A stretch of 60,905 nucleotides of DNA, filler included. It is 6 parts of 6 records of this genome, joined end to end, with 100 filler letters (N's around TTAATTAATTAA, not from the genome) between each part and the next. Parts side by side here need not be neighbours in the genome. Positions count along the whole stretch, not along the records: positions 22,765 to 31,240 come from SRR31156797_17906; positions 31,341 to 42,655 come from SRR31156797_17949; 4 more parts are not named here. One strand, given 5' to 3'. Under the pieces are notes generated by a model. It was not told the origin of the DNA and made no database searches. It saw nothing but the letters and a program-made list of their open reading frames with translations. The position numbers were made by a program, and so were the translations under genes. This document shows positions 22,765 through 33,009 of this stretch, one piece after another (the first letter of the stretch is position 1; each line of letters begins with the position of its first letter).

Positions 22765-23111
22765 TTCTTCTCGCTGGCGCTCTTGCAGTCGATGCAGAGA
22801 ACGGCATAGGGAATGGCTTCCAGTCTGTCGTTGGAAATCTTTTTGGAACACTTGGCGCAGACGCCGTACTTTCCGTTTTCAAGACGGATCAGAGCGGATT
22901 CAACCTTATTCAGCCTGAGGGTATCCTGAGAACTGAGAGCCTCAAGAGTCCGTACATCGATATCGTTTGAGGCGATATCGGCCAGATCCTTCACTCCAAG
23001 GTCTTCGACAGCGGCCTTAAAATCCTCGTTTTCCGACATAAGATTATGAAGAACCTGTTCCTTCATTTCGAGAAGAGTCACCTTCATTTTGTCTTGAAAA
23101 GCTTTGTCCAT
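22765..23111 (-). CDS. dksA: DksA/TraR family transcription factor (last few codons cut off)
   Basis: DLADIA coiled-coil tip (DxxDxA) and YGVCAKC...RLEAIPYAVLCIDC zinc finger. Confidence 0.85.
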
Positions 23112-23184
23112 TACACCGTACCTTATAAGGGGGGATATTTATATCCGGAATAATCTGTATTAATTAACAGAAAATGTCAAGGAG

Positions 23185-23213
23185 TTGACAAAGCGCATTT
23201 GATTTCCTAAGAT
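23185..23213 (+). promoter_or_regulatory. Sigma-70 promoter of infA
   Basis: TTGACA-N17-TAAGAT, followed by an AGGAG RBS and TTG start. Confidence 0.75.
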
Positions 23214-23245
23214 GCTAAGCACAATCCATAACAGGAGTTATTTGT

Positions 23246-23464
23246 TTGTCTAAAGAAGAAGCCATTGAAGTGGAAGGCATTGTAAAGGAATCTCTGCCCA
23301 ACACTATGTTCCGTGTTGAAGTTACCGGTGGTCACGTCATCCTTGCCCATCTTTCCGGAAAAATGAGAAAGCACTACATCAGAATCGTTCCCGGAGATAA
23401 GGTTAAAGTAGCCCTTTCCCCCTATGACCTCAGCAGAGGAAGAATCATCTACAGAGAGCGCTGA
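23246..23464 (+). CDS. infA: Translation initiation factor IF-1
   Basis: KEEAIEVEG...LPNTMFRV...[17 protein letters not shown]...[12 protein letters not shown]. Confidence 0.97.
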   Translation: MSKEEAIEVEGIVKESLPNTMFRVEVTGGHVILAHLSGKMRKHYIRIVPGDKVKVALSPYDLSRGRIIYRER

Positions 23465-23470
23465 TCCCTT

Positions 23471-23971
23471 TCAGCGTAAAAGTATCCAGCTTGCCCCGCC
23501 GCCTCCCGCCCGGCCCTTAGCCGGACCGAAGGACCTTACAAGGGGCGAGTGTTCCAAATGTTTTTTCACCAGAGGACGCAGAACGGACTCTCCGCCCGGG
23601 GAGTGCAGCCCTTTTCCATGAACAACCATAACCTTTTTCAATCCCCGTCTCTTTGAAGTCCTCAGAAAACGATCCAGCTCCTCCAAGGCGTCCCGGCCTT
23701 TCCAGCCATGCAGATCCAGGGTGTCCTGAGGCTCCATGCGAGAGAGCTCCTTTTTTCTCGTATGGATGATGATCCTGTCCGGTTTTTCCTTTCTCTCTTT
23801 CATCCCCCGGTCGGGCGGGTACATCTCCAGCCAGTCGTCCATGGCTTTCTCTTTCCGTTTTTTCTCAGCGGCGGCGGCATTCCTCGCCTCATCGCACTCC
23901 CTCCGGCTTTTCGTCTTCTGCTGATCCTCCCACTGGGAGAGTATATCCTCAAATTTCAAAGGCCTCTCCAT
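23471..23971 (-). CDS. Stand-alone Smr/MutS domain protein
   Basis: LDLHG, VVHGKGLHS and GGGGASW. Confidence 0.88.
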   Translation of the reverse strand: MERPLKFEDILSQWEDQQKTKSRRECDEARNAAAAEKKRKEKAMDDWLEMYPPDRGMKERKEKPDRIIIHTRKKELSRMEPQDTLDLHGWKGRDALEELDRFLRTSKRRGLKKVMVVHGKGLHSPGGESVLRPLVKKHLEHSPLVRSFGPAKGRAGGGGASWILLR

Positions 23972-25967
23972 TCAGAACGATCAGATCGTCCCTGGGCACC
24001 CATCCCTCCAGGCCGTAGGCCGTCTGGATAAGGACGAAACCGTCGTAGGAGCGGATCATCCGGACAGCCGTTCCCTCGGGGAGTGCGATCCAGGGAGAGG
24101 CCCCCTCTTCAGGGATCTTACGAATGGAGATCTCCGATGAGATCACCGCCTCCTTTCTGTGGAGCAGAAGAAGGCTCCGGACCAGTTCCGTAGTCCCCGC
24201 CAGGGAGAGGAGCATACTGAGAAAAATCATAAGCACGGTCCAGCCGGCCTGGCGCTTCAGCCTGTAAAGAGCCAGAAACACAAAGACCAGGTTAAAAATC
24301 AATAGGAGGAGAATGAACAGCAGGTCGGGAGCGATGAACAGCCTGGCCACAGGCTGATGCTCCAGACCCAGATACTCTTCAACGAAGCTGAGGGTTCCGC
24401 TGATCATTGCGTTCGTAGGCCGCAGCTTGAGCGCAGACCTGAGATCGGCCACCGATGAAGAATAGGCTCCGTTCAGGAAGCGGAGGACCCCTCTGTTGTA
24501 GAGAAAGGAGGCCCTGGCCTCCCAGTCCCTTCCGCGGGTTTCATACAGATCCAGAGCCTGTTCGAATTCCGAGGAGTCGAAGGCCTGCTGCGCACTCTCT
24601 ATCCATGAGGTATCAAGGTTCTCCTGAAGAGCGGCCGACAGGAAGAGAAGGGACGCCAGCAGGACGAGCAGGCTTTTCCGGAACACACCCAGCCGCACCA
24701 GCAGCAGAAAGAGAGGCCCCGGCAGGAGGAAGAGGTAGAGCCAGGGATTCCGATACAGCGTCGTCGTCCTCTCTTTTACCATTTCCTGTGCGGAAACGAG
24801 AGCGAAACTCTGCGCATCTTCCTGAAGGGAATCCAGAAGAGAGTGGACCCGGAAGCTGAAGGATTCGGCGGAACGGCGCGAGATCCTTCCCGTTTCCGGA
24901 TCGATCCAGTTGAACCCGGGGACTTCAATGGAAAAGGCCCCCTCCTCTTCGGAGCTGAAACGGAACTCGAGCTCCCGGTACCCCTTGTATCCGCCGGAAG
25001 CCGCACGGTAATCCGAGATTTCCTTACGAAGGACATTCAATCCCTCTGGAAAAACAGGTTCAGGGAGATTCAGATAATTCAGGTTTCCCGTGCCGTCCAC
25101 CCGGACCGTCAGGACGGCCTGATTGCCGGAAAGGATCTCCCGTTCGGGAAAAGCCAGGGTATAGCGGAAGTCTCCCACCGCTGCGGTAGAAGCCAGTTCT
25201 TCGGGGAGAGGCCTTATCTCAAGCTTGAGGGGAGCCGTTTTTCTCGTCAGTCCGAGGATCTGTACGGTTGCGGCTCCCAACTCCACGATCCCGCTTTGGG
25301 AAGGAGTCAGCATCCAGGTTTCCATGGGAACGTGGAACAGGGTATCCGCTCCGACGGCATCATATCCGATGTCTCCGATTCCCCTGACCTTCTCAAGAAA
25401 CGCGTCATCAGGAGTGGACAGACGGACCGATTCGGGGAGGGAGATCTCCTCCATATTGTGCATAATCAGGACCAGCGGGAAGGCCTGCCCCGCATAGAGG
25501 GAGGTCGGAGCGTCCTGAGTAAGGTCTTGCCACCCCGCCACAAGCGGATACTTCAGAAAAGACTCGTCCCGTCTGAGAACCGGTATGAACAGGGATTCGC
25601 TCTGTTGCACTTCGGTTCCGTCGCTGACCTCCACGGGAGGGATGCCGAATATACCGGCGTTCCCGGCCCTCAGCGTATAGATCAGCTGCAGTACGGTCGC
25701 ATAGCTTCCGTCGTCCCTCTGAATGGTCCTCTGGGCCGTATAGGGTCCGGAAATTTTCTCGATCCCTTCCGGCCAGAGGGGATCCCCTATATCCACCTGA
25801 CTGCGGCCGGGAAAGGAGGTGATGTATTTCAGTGTGAAGCGCTGATGCTCGATAATATGATCTTTCCACTCCGCGTCGACGGCGACGGCGGAACAGAGAG
25901 GTATGAGAAACAGGAACAGGGCTACCAGTCCTGAACGGCATCTGACGGCTCTTCCTGAGCCTTCCAT
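23949..25967 (-). CDS. BatD-like protein fused to BatE-like TPR/SH3 domain
   Basis: AVGDF and VDGTGNL BatD repeats, then TM segments, a TPR (LYNRG) and C-terminal SH3-like LPEGTAV...EGWV. Confidence 0.72.
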   Translation of the reverse strand: MEGSGRAVRCRSGLVALFLFLIPLCSAVAVDAEWKDHIIEHQRFTLKYITSFPGRSQVDIGDPLWPEGIEKISGPYTAQRTIQRDDGSYATVLQLIYTLRAGNAGIFGIPPVEVSDGTEVQQSESLFIPVLRRDESFLKYPLVAGWQDLTQDAPTSLYAGQAFPLVLIMHNMEEISLPESVRLSTPDDAFLEKVRGIGDIGYDAVGADTLFHVPMETWMLTPSQSGIVELGAATVQILGLTRKTAPLKLEIRPLPEELASTAAVGDFRYTLAFPEREILSGNQAVLTVRVDGTGNLNYLNLPEPVFPEGLNVLRKEISDYRAASGGYKGYRELEFRFSSEEEGAFSIEVPGFNWIDPETGRISRRSAESFSFRVHSLLDSLQEDAQSFALVSAQEMVKERTTTLYRNPWLYLFLLPGPLFLLLVRLGVFRKSLLVLLASLLFLSAALQENLDTSWIESAQQAFDSSEFEQALDLYETRGRDWEARASFLYNRGVLRFLNGAYSSSVADLRSALKLRPTNAMISGTLSFVEEYLGLEHQPVARLFIAPDLLFILLLLIFNLVFVFLALYRLKRQAGWTVLMIFLSMLLSLAGTTELVRSLLLLHRKEAVISSEISIRKIPEEGASPWIALPEGTAVRMIRSYDGFVLIQTAYGLEGWVPRDDLIVLNGEAFEI

Positions 25968-26509
25968 CGGCTGCCCTCCTTACGTTTTATGTATTGCAGA
26001 ATCCGTCTGGCGTCGTCGGTCACCTCGGTTGCGGATTCATCGGGCCGGCTGTCGGAACTCCTGCTTTCGGCCTCAAGCCTCTCCAGGGTCAGCTCCAGGT
26101 TCTTCTTGGCGTCCAGGGAGGCAGGATTCAATTCCAGGGTCCTGCGGAAGGCGCGATAGGCCTCCACAAACTGTCCTGAGCGATAGTAGACCACACCCGC
26201 GTTGAAACCGGCGGCGAAGAGGAGCTCCCTGTCACGCTCGTCGTCGATCTCCTGCCAGAGCTCAAGGGCCGGCTGTCCCTCTCCCAGGGCGTAGTAGACC
26301 GTCGCCTTGTTGTAGATGATCCTCTGCTGAAGCCGGCTCTCCTCTTCCTGGGAGAGATAGCGCAGCAGGGCCGTCTGATAATCTCCCTTCTGGTAGGCGT
26401 AGTTCCCGCGCAGGATAGAGCTTCCCGGCTCAAAGAAGGAACAGGAGCCGAAGAGAAAGGGCAGAGCCAGTGCCGGCAGCAGAAGTATGAACTTTTTATT
26501 CAGAACCAT
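25922..26509 (-). CDS. BatC-like TPR (lipo)protein
   Basis: GNYAYQKGDY..A, YNKATVYY, FNAGVVYY, DAKKNLEL and terminal QDW. Confidence 0.75.
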   Translation of the reverse strand: MVLNKKFILLLPALALPFLFGSCSFFEPGSSILRGNYAYQKGDYQTALLRYLSQEEESRLQQRIIYNKATVYYALGEGQPALELWQEIDDERDRELLFAAGFNAGVVYYRSGQFVEAYRAFRRTLELNPASLDAKKNLELTLERLEAESRSSDSRPDESATEVTDDARRILQYIKRKEGSRWKAQEEPSDAVQDW

Positions 26510-27483
26510 CGGGACCACCTTATGCGGGGAGCAAGAAGATTCAAGAGAAGGCAGCATAGGGCGATGATCAGGAATATTCTGTAGTTGATTATGCTGTCGA
26601 AGCGAAGTCCCTCGGCACCGGTACCTCCCCGCAGATCCTGAAGATCCTGTATGATCTGCCCCGGAACTCCCGAGTCTCCCAGATCGTAGAACCGGCCGTC
26701 CCCGGCCGAGGCTATATCCATAAGGGCCTCACGGTCCATTCTCGTTACGACGGCCTGCCCGGACTCATCCTGAACGGGATCGCCCGAGGAGCCGGGAATC
26801 ATGCCTCCCCCGTCGCTTCCGACGCCCACCGCGAAAAGGGCGATATTCCTGAGACGGCACTCCCTGGCGATATAAGCTGGGTTTCCCTCCAGAGACTCAC
26901 CGTCGCTCAAAAGGATTATGACCTTTCTGGCGGGGGAACCTTCGGGGAAGGCATCCAGGGCGCGGGACAGTCCTTTGGAAAGATCCGAACCGGGAACCGT
27001 ATACATGGAGGGGGACAGATGGTTCACCCCGTCTTCGACGGCGATCAGATCTTCTGTCAGAGGGACAAGCACTCGGCCCTCTCCTTTGAAAATGACGATG
27101 CCGCTTCTGTCGGCCTCGCCCAGCAGAGAGTGGATAAGCTCCGCCGAGCGCCCGAGGCGGTTGGGGGATACGTCTTCGGCGATCATACTGCGTGAGACAT
27201 CCACGGCGAAGATCACATCCAGACCGGAAGAGTCGTCTCTCACAGGTGTTCTTGTCCAGGAGATTCCCGCCAGGGAAAGTATGGCGAAGAGGAAGAACAG
27301 GACGATGGTCAGCCATTCGACCACAGTCTTGATAAAGAATGCCTGTCCGGCGCTCATGCTCCGCCATCCGCCCGCCAGGCGATCAAGGATCCTCCGTCCC
27401 CGCTTGTACAGAACGACAGCGGGAACCATAAGAAGGAGAAGGGGTATGAAGAGCCAGAACGCCTCGGGGTACAGTACTGTCAC
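26500..27483 (-). CDS. BatB-like VWA domain protein
   Basis: MIDAS DVSRSM, PNRL, PLTED and LSDGE. Confidence 0.85.
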   Translation of the reverse strand: MTVLYPEAFWLFIPLLLLMVPAVVLYKRGRRILDRLAGGWRSMSAGQAFFIKTVVEWLTIVLFFLFAILSLAGISWTRTPVRDDSSGLDVIFAVDVSRSMIAEDVSPNRLGRSAELIHSLLGEADRSGIVIFKGEGRVLVPLTEDLIAVEDGVNHLSPSMYTVPGSDLSKGLSRALDAFPEGSPARKVIILLSDGESLEGNPAYIARECRLRNIALFAVGVGSDGGGMIPGSSGDPVQDESGQAVVTRMDREALMDIASAGDGRFYDLGDSGVPGQIIQDLQDLRGGTGAEGLRFDSIINYRIFLIIALCCLLLNLLAPRIRWSRWF

Positions 27484-28481
27484 AGGACCTCCCGGAGCAG
27501 TATTTTTCTGATGATGAGATTCAGGAAAACCAGAATCATTCCCAGGATCGTGAAAAGCCTGTTAAGGGCGACGGTTCGCACCTGAATCCGAACATGCTCC
27601 TCCACGGTTTCCAGAGAGTCAATGGAACGGAACACCGATTCCAGAACCCCCTGGGAGGATGCCTTGAAGAAACTGCCCTGCCCCGTCTCAGCCAGATTCC
27701 GCAGGAGATCTTCGTTGAAGCGGCTGTTCAGGACTCCGGACATCAGGTTGCCCGTGGCCGGATCGATGAAATCGAAGGGGACCTCTCCTTCCGTGCCGAT
27801 TCCGATGGTATACAGACGGATACCCATCTGGGCGGCCATGGCGGCCGCCGCCTCCGGCTTGATTTCGCCCGCATTGTTGTCTCCGTCCGTTATCAGGACG
27901 ATAACCCTCTCCTGGGCCCGGCTTTCGGAGAGGTGGAGCACAGCGACGGCCAGGCCCATGCCGATGGCCGTCCCCTCACCCAGCTCCATGATGCCGGCGT
28001 CGTCGAGGCGGGAGAGGAAGGAGCCGTAATCCGTTGTGGGCGGCACCTTGAGGACCGCCTCTTCCCCGAAGCCCACGAGACCGACGGCGTCGTTCTTCCG
28101 TCCGGAAACAAAGAATTTGATCATATTGGACGCCGCCTCCAGACGGGTTTCGGGAGGAAAGTCCCGGGCCGCCATGCTGGGCGACTGGTCCAGGACGATA
28201 ACGATATCGGCTCCGCGGTTGAGGTAGACCTTCTCGTGAATGCTCAGCTCCGGCCCCGCCAAAGCCGTCATCAGAAGCAGGACGCCCGCCCAGAAAAAAA
28301 GGGCGTTCAGAAAGAGGATGAACGAGAGGCCCCTCTGACGGACGGCGACTCTCCCCTTGCGCCAGACCCCCGAAGAGATCCTCAGGGAGCGGACGGCAAC
28401 GGGAGAGAAATGGCGCAGATAGATGACCACCGGCAGGAAGAACAGAAGGAACAGGTAGGCGGGCGCTTCAAAGGTCAGCAT
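27480..28481 (-). CDS. BatA-like VWA domain protein
   Basis: MIDAS DQSPSM, GTAIGMGL, ITDGDNNAG and IDSLE. Confidence 0.87.
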   Translation of the reverse strand: MLTFEAPAYLFLLFFLPVVIYLRHFSPVAVRSLRISSGVWRKGRVAVRQRGLSFILFLNALFFWAGVLLLMTALAGPELSIHEKVYLNRGADIVIVLDQSPSMAARDFPPETRLEAASNMIKFFVSGRKNDAVGLVGFGEEAVLKVPPTTDYGSFLSRLDDAGIMELGEGTAIGMGLAVAVLHLSESRAQERVIVLITDGDNNAGEIKPEAAAAMAAQMGIRLYTIGIGTEGEVPFDFIDPATGNLMSGVLNSRFNEDLLRNLAETGQGSFFKASSQGVLESVFRSIDSLETVEEHVRIQVRTVALNRLFTILGMILVFLNLIIRKILLREVL

Positions 28482-29364
28482 GGGTCTTCCTCCACTCCTC
28501 AAGGGCTGCCGAGAGCTGTTCCACCTCGCTCAGAAGCTGCTCCCGGTCGCTGTACAAGAGCTTCTCCCCGGCAAACTTCACGCGATCTATCCTGTGAAAA
28601 AGACCGACCAGCGCGAGAACCAGGCTCTCCTGTACCCGGGTACGACTCATAAGGACCTCGATCTCCGTTGTGGTGGAGCTGGTCAGGTCCTCACTCAGCC
28701 GTGACGAAAGATAGGATTTCAGCCCCTTTGAAAAGCGCTTGTAGAACTCCTTCTCCGGCATGGAGACCATGGAACGCCGGATACGGCGGACAAGCCTCTG
28801 AAACTGCCTGTAGGGAAGGTTCACGCGGTAGGACCGGATGATCTCCCCCGTCCTGTTGCGGATAACCCGGAACAGGAAGATAAGAACGACGGGCAGGGAA
28901 AAGAGGATGGAAAAGAGTATGGCCCCCACCGTTCTGGTTCCCGGAATGAGCAGGGGCGGCCTTATCCCCGCGATCTCCCTGGAGGACTCGGTGTTCAGCA
29001 TGGAAGATGTATAGAGCTTCAGATCATCCACGACCAGGTCCCCCAGCTCCAGGGGAGGCAGGGTTCTTGTTCCCGGGTAGAAGGGAATCAGGCTGATGAC
29101 CACCTCCGTCTCCCGCGCCCCCGGCACCACATCCAGGGAAAGGAACTTCACCCACCCCGAGTCCGGAAAGGACTCGGGAGCTGAGATGTTGTATGTCTGG
29201 TCGGTGCGGAGGGTAAAGCTCATCCGCACCGTATCGCCCACATAGTATTCGGCGGGGAGGAAACTCTGGTTATGGATCTGATAGGACTGGGCCCTGAGAC
29301 CGGCGGGCAGCGCCGTCAGCAGCATCAGAAGGAGCAGAGGCGCCGGAGGAAAGAGGCTTTTCAT
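28468..29364 (-). CDS. Membrane protein of the MoxR/bat operon
   Basis: Signal peptide, a single TM segment and STTTE...DRVKFA, in the conserved position between DUF58 and batA. Confidence 0.65.
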   Translation of the reverse strand: MKSLFPPAPLLLLMLLTALPAGLRAQSYQIHNQSFLPAEYYVGDTVRMSFTLRTDQTYNISAPESFPDSGWVKFLSLDVVPGARETEVVISLIPFYPGTRTLPPLELGDLVVDDLKLYTSSMLNTESSREIAGIRPPLLIPGTRTVGAILFSILFSLPVVLIFLFRVIRNRTGEIIRSYRVNLPYRQFQRLVRRIRRSMVSMPEKEFYKRFSKGLKSYLSSRLSEDLTSSTTTEIEVLMSRTRVQESLVLALVGLFHRIDRVKFAGEKLLYSDREQLLSEVEQLSAALEEWRKTHADL

Positions 29365-30227
29365 GAGCGTTTCTTCCTCCTCTCAAAGAAGTGCTGAAGC
29401 TTGACGGCCGGGTCGTCTTCGGTGGAGATCTCAAGGGTATCCGCTCCCGCGGCCTTGCAGTTCTTCAACCAGAGATATCGCTCGTGCTCCCAGTACTCTC
29501 TGTACTGCTGCCGCATCCTGGAGCTGCCCATGGCCCGCCAGACCTCTCCCGATTCGGGATCCTCCAGACTGATAAGCCCGGTGGGGGGAAACTCCCTGTC
29601 CAGGGGATCGGTCAGCCGGATGGCGATCACGTCGTGTTTCCGGGCCAGAAGGGTGAGCTCCGTCCTGTACCGGCTGGTTCTGAAATCGGAAAGGATGAGA
29701 CAGATCCCCCGCCTCTTCATGGTCTGGGAGGCGGTCTTGCAGGCCAGGGCCAGGTTGGATCCCCGTCCTCCTTCCGCAACGGCCAGGATCTGGGTGATCT
29801 GCTTCAACACATGCTTCTTGCCCTTGCGGGGCTGGATCTGCTCTTCGATCCTGTCGGAGAAAAGCAGGCTCCCCACCTTGTCGTTGTTGGCCACAGCCGC
29901 CAGGGCGACCAGGGCGAACAGATGGCCCGCCAGCTCTCGTTTGTTGATCCGCCCCGAGCTGTAATAGAGGGAGCTTGAGGTGTCCACCAGCACCTGGAGG
30001 ACCACCTCCCGCTCCTCGCGGAAGGTCTTGGTGTAAGGGGCGCCCATACGGGAGGTCACGTTCCAGTCGATAAAGCGGGGATCGTCGCCGGCGGTGTACT
30101 CCCGGACCTCGTCAAACTCGAGACCGGGCCCCTTGAAAACGGAGTGGTAGTTACCGGCGAATATGGTATCCACCAGTTTCCGTGAGGCGAAATGAAGCTG
30201 TTTGACCTTGCGGGAGATCTCTTCCAT
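29361..30227 (-). CDS. DUF58 domain protein
   Basis: GNYHSVFKGPGLEFDEVREY..GDD.RFIDWNVTSR and KTFREERE. Confidence 0.92.
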   Translation of the reverse strand: MEEISRKVKQLHFASRKLVDTIFAGNYHSVFKGPGLEFDEVREYTAGDDPRFIDWNVTSRMGAPYTKTFREEREVVLQVLVDTSSSLYYSSGRINKRELAGHLFALVALAAVANNDKVGSLLFSDRIEEQIQPRKGKKHVLKQITQILAVAEGGRGSNLALACKTASQTMKRRGICLILSDFRTSRYRTELTLLARKHDVIAIRLTDPLDREFPPTGLISLEDPESGEVWRAMGSSRMRQQYREYWEHERYLWLKNCKAAGADTLEISTEDDPAVKLQHFFERRKKRS

Positions 30228-30228
30228 G

Positions 30229-31212
30229 TCAGGGAACCGTCACCACCGACAGGAGATCCTTGATGACGTCGTCGCTGCTGAGTTCCTCTGACTCGGCCTC
30301 GTAGGAGAGGACGATCCGGTGCCTGAGAACGTTGTAGGCCACCGCCTTCACATCCTCGGGCAGAACGTATTCGCGCTTCTCGAACAGGGCCTGCACCCGG
30401 GCGCATTCGAACAGGGCGATGGAGGCGCGGGGCGAGGCGCCGAACTCGATAAAGCGGGTAAAGGGGAGCTGATGCCGGCCCTTGACCCGGGAGGCGTTCA
30501 CGATGGAGACGATGTACTTGCGGATGCTCTCGTCCACGCGGATCTTCGAAGCCAGTTCCCTCATGTCCAGAACCGAGTACTTGGAGAAGACCTTGCGGAG
30601 GAGCTGCTCTTCCTGAACATCCAGCTGATTGAGGATATCCAACTCCTCCTGGGGATCGGGATAGTCGACCTTGAGCTTCATGATAAACCGGTCCAGCTGG
30701 GCCTCGGGAAGCTGATAGGTCCCCTCCTGCTCGATAGGGTTCTGGGTCGCCATAACGAAGAAGGGCTCGGACAGGCGGTAGCTGTTCTCACCGATGGTCA
30801 CCTGATTCTCCGCCATGGCCTCCAGAAGGGCGGCCTGAACCTTGGCGGGGGCCCTGTTGATCTCGTCCGCCAGGATGACATTGGTGAAGACCGGTCCTTT
30901 GCGGGGGACGAACTCTCCCGTCTGGGGCCGGTAGATCATGGTACCCGTCAGGTCGGCGGGCAGGAGATCCGGAGTGAACTGAATCCTTTTGAAATCGGCG
31001 TTCAACACATCCGCCACGGCCTTGACCGCCTGGGTCTTCGCCAGACCGGGCACACCTTCCACCAGGACATGTCCTCCCGTAATGATGCCCATCAGGAGGC
31101 CGTTGATCATATCCGTCTGGCCTATGATCTTCTTGCCGATCTCCTTGCGGGCATTGTTCAGGAGGGTTGAGGCGTCCTCAATCTGACTGGTCAGCGTTCC
31201 TTCGTTGTTCAT
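30229..31212 (-). CDS. MoxR family AAA+ ATPase
   Basis: EGVPGLAKT, RIQFTPDLLPAD, DEINRAPAKVQ and ATQNPIEQEGTY.LPEAQLDRF. Confidence 0.96.
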   Translation of the reverse strand: MNNEGTLTSQIEDASTLLNNARKEIGKKIIGQTDMINGLLMGIITGGHVLVEGVPGLAKTQAVKAVADVLNADFKRIQFTPDLLPADLTGTMIYRPQTGEFVPRKGPVFTNVILADEINRAPAKVQAALLEAMAENQVTIGENSYRLSEPFFVMATQNPIEQEGTYQLPEAQLDRFIMKLKVDYPDPQEELDILNQLDVQEEQLLRKVFSKYSVLDMRELASKIRVDESIRKYIVSIVNASRVKGRHQLPFTRFIEFGASPRASIALFECARVQALFEKREYVLPEDVKAVAYNVLRHRIVLSYEAESEELSSDDVIKDLLSVVTVP

Positions 31213-31240
31213 CTGATTATCCTTTTCTTTTTTTTCAGGA

Positions 31241-31340
31241 NNNNNNNNNNNNNNNNNNNNNNNNNNNNNNNNNNNNNNNNNNNNTTAATTAATTAANNNN
31301 NNNNNNNNNNNNNNNNNNNNNNNNNNNNNNNNNNNNNNNN
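31241..31340. other. Artificial contig linker 3
   Basis: 44 N + TTAATTAATTAA + 44 N, with an abrupt shift from GC-rich to AT-rich sequence. Confidence 0.99.
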
Positions 31341-31844
31341 AACAATAGGATAAAAAAGTCTTGCAGGTATCTCTCTACTGTAATTTACAATATCACAGTC
31401 GTGTAAAGCAAAAGCATATGCATCTTTATCAGCTAATCCATACCCTATCATTGTCCAAACATTTCTGCCTTTTCCAGGAGTATCAAGTCCAGGAAAACCT
31501 TCAACTGTCATATCTTTATAAAGTTCTTTTATTCTTGGTCCATCATTCCAAAGTACATCAACTTTGCAAGGTAAAACAGACATAAGCTCTTTTACCTCTT
31601 CAAATTGCTCTTTTGTAGCTCTGTCTAAACCTAAAATAATCTTATAAAGGTAATTAACATTTTTTAATTCTTCAATAATATTATGCATGGCAGGAGTTTC
31701 AAACTCTGAATATAAAGCAGGTAAAAGTAATACCATTTTTCTTCTAGCACTAAACTCTTCAAGTTCTTTTTCCATATCTTCAAGTTTTCTATCACCTACA
31801 CTTTGAAGAGTTGTAATTACTCCATTTTGAAAAAAATCTGACAT
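31341..31844 (-). CDS. gpgS: Glucosyl-3-phosphoglycerate synthase-like glycosyltransferase, N-terminal part
   Basis: MSDFFQNGVITTL, LLLPALYSE, LWNDGPR, PGKGRNVW and ALHDCDI, next to a HAD phosphatase. Confidence 0.75.
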
Positions 31845-31848
31845 ACTT

Positions 31849-33009
31849 TTATTCCCCTTTTTTTAAAATTATAATAAAGTCCATTACATTTGTACCTGTT
31901 ATTCCTGTTATAAAATCATACCCAAGTTTTTCAAAAAATGTATAACTATCACTGTTATTTAAATAGACAGTTGGGTCAAGTTGTAACTTATCTATCTTTT
32001 CATATACTTTATTATCAACAAAAGCTCCAGCCGCTTCTGAACGACCATCAATCCCATCACTACCTGCACATAATAAAGATATTTCATCAGAAACAACTTT
32101 TTTGATTAATAATCTTAAAGATAATTCTTGATTTCTTCCACCATAACCATCTTTTGATTTTACAACAGTTGTTGTTTCTCCACCAATAAGCAAAGCAAAG
32201 CTTTTATATTTTGAGTCATATTCTTTTATTTTTTCCTCAATAAAATCAGCTGCTTTTGAGGATTCTTCTTCAAGTGTTGTTGTTACAATTTCTACTTTTT
32301 CTACTAAATCTTTACAATACTCTTTTGCTTCATTTAGTGCTATAGAGTTGTTTCCCACAATATGATGTTTGAATTTACCATTATTCATTGGAGCAGAACC
32401 TATAATATTTATATCATCTCCAATAACATCACTAAGAACTAAGACTTGCCCTTTTGCATCTATATTATCTGCTAATCTTCCACCTTTTATTAAAGATATA
32501 GATTTTCTAATAGTATTTAATGCTTTGATATCTATTCCTGATGTTAAAAGTGCAGATGATGCTTTTATAAAATCATCTAGACTCAATCCTTCAATTGGTT
32601 TTTCAATCATTGCAGATGCTCCACCAGATAAAAGGAAAATAAAATAATCATTAGATTTTAATTGTGCAGTTTTTTCAAGAAGTAAAGAAGCTGCTTCTTT
32701 ACTTTTTTTTGTTACTTCTGGATGAGTAGAAGTAAAATGCTCTAAAATATCTAGTTCACCTTTTGTTGTTGAAACAACAAAACCTCCAGCAATTTTATCT
32801 CCAAGTATAACTTCACACTCTTTTGCCATAGCATATGCTGCTTTTCCAACACCAAATATATATAGATTATCTATTATTGAGATATCAATCTCTTCATCTA
32901 CTACTTTTAAAATATTGCCATTTAAAGCTACATTATCTTTTATTATTGATGTTGCTTGAACTTTATTTAAAGCTTTATTATATATTTTTTCTAATTGTTC
33001 TTTATGCAT
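31849..33009 (-). CDS. Glycerate kinase, type 2 (GckA/MOFRL family)
   Basis: GKAAYAMA, LSGGASA, KGGRL, SDVIGD...IGSAP, GGETT, GGRNQE, SDGIDG and TGTNVMD. Confidence 0.9.
   Translation of the reverse strand: MHKEQLEKIYNKALNKVQATSIIKDNVALNGNILKVVDEEIDISIIDNLYIFGVGKAAYAMAKECEVILGDKIAGGFVVSTTKGELDILEHFTSTHPEVTKKSKEAASLLLEKTAQLKSNDYFIFLLSGGASAMIEKPIEGLSLDDFIKASSALLTSGIDIKALNTIRKSISLIKGGRLADNIDAKGQVLVLSDVIGDDINIIGSAPMNNGKFKHHIVGNNSIALNEAKEYCKDLVEKVEIVTTTLEEESSKAADFIEEKIKEYDSKYKSFALLIGGETTTVVKSKDGYGGRNQELSLRLLIKKVVSDEISLLCAGSDGIDGRSEAAGAFVDNKVYEKIDKLQLDPTVYLNNSDSYTFFEKLGYDFITGITGTNVMDFIIILKKGE

Noticed and set aside
23175-23190. TGTCAA-GGAG-TTGACA palindrome as an operator or divergent dksA promoter
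   Set aside because: The right half is the infA -35 box. The left half has no convincing -10 at 16-18 bp, so no separate call was made.
24455-31186. Long plus-strand ORFs over the bat operon (24843-25934, 27594-28652, 30319-31170)
   Set aside because: Antisense shadows produced by high-GC codon usage.
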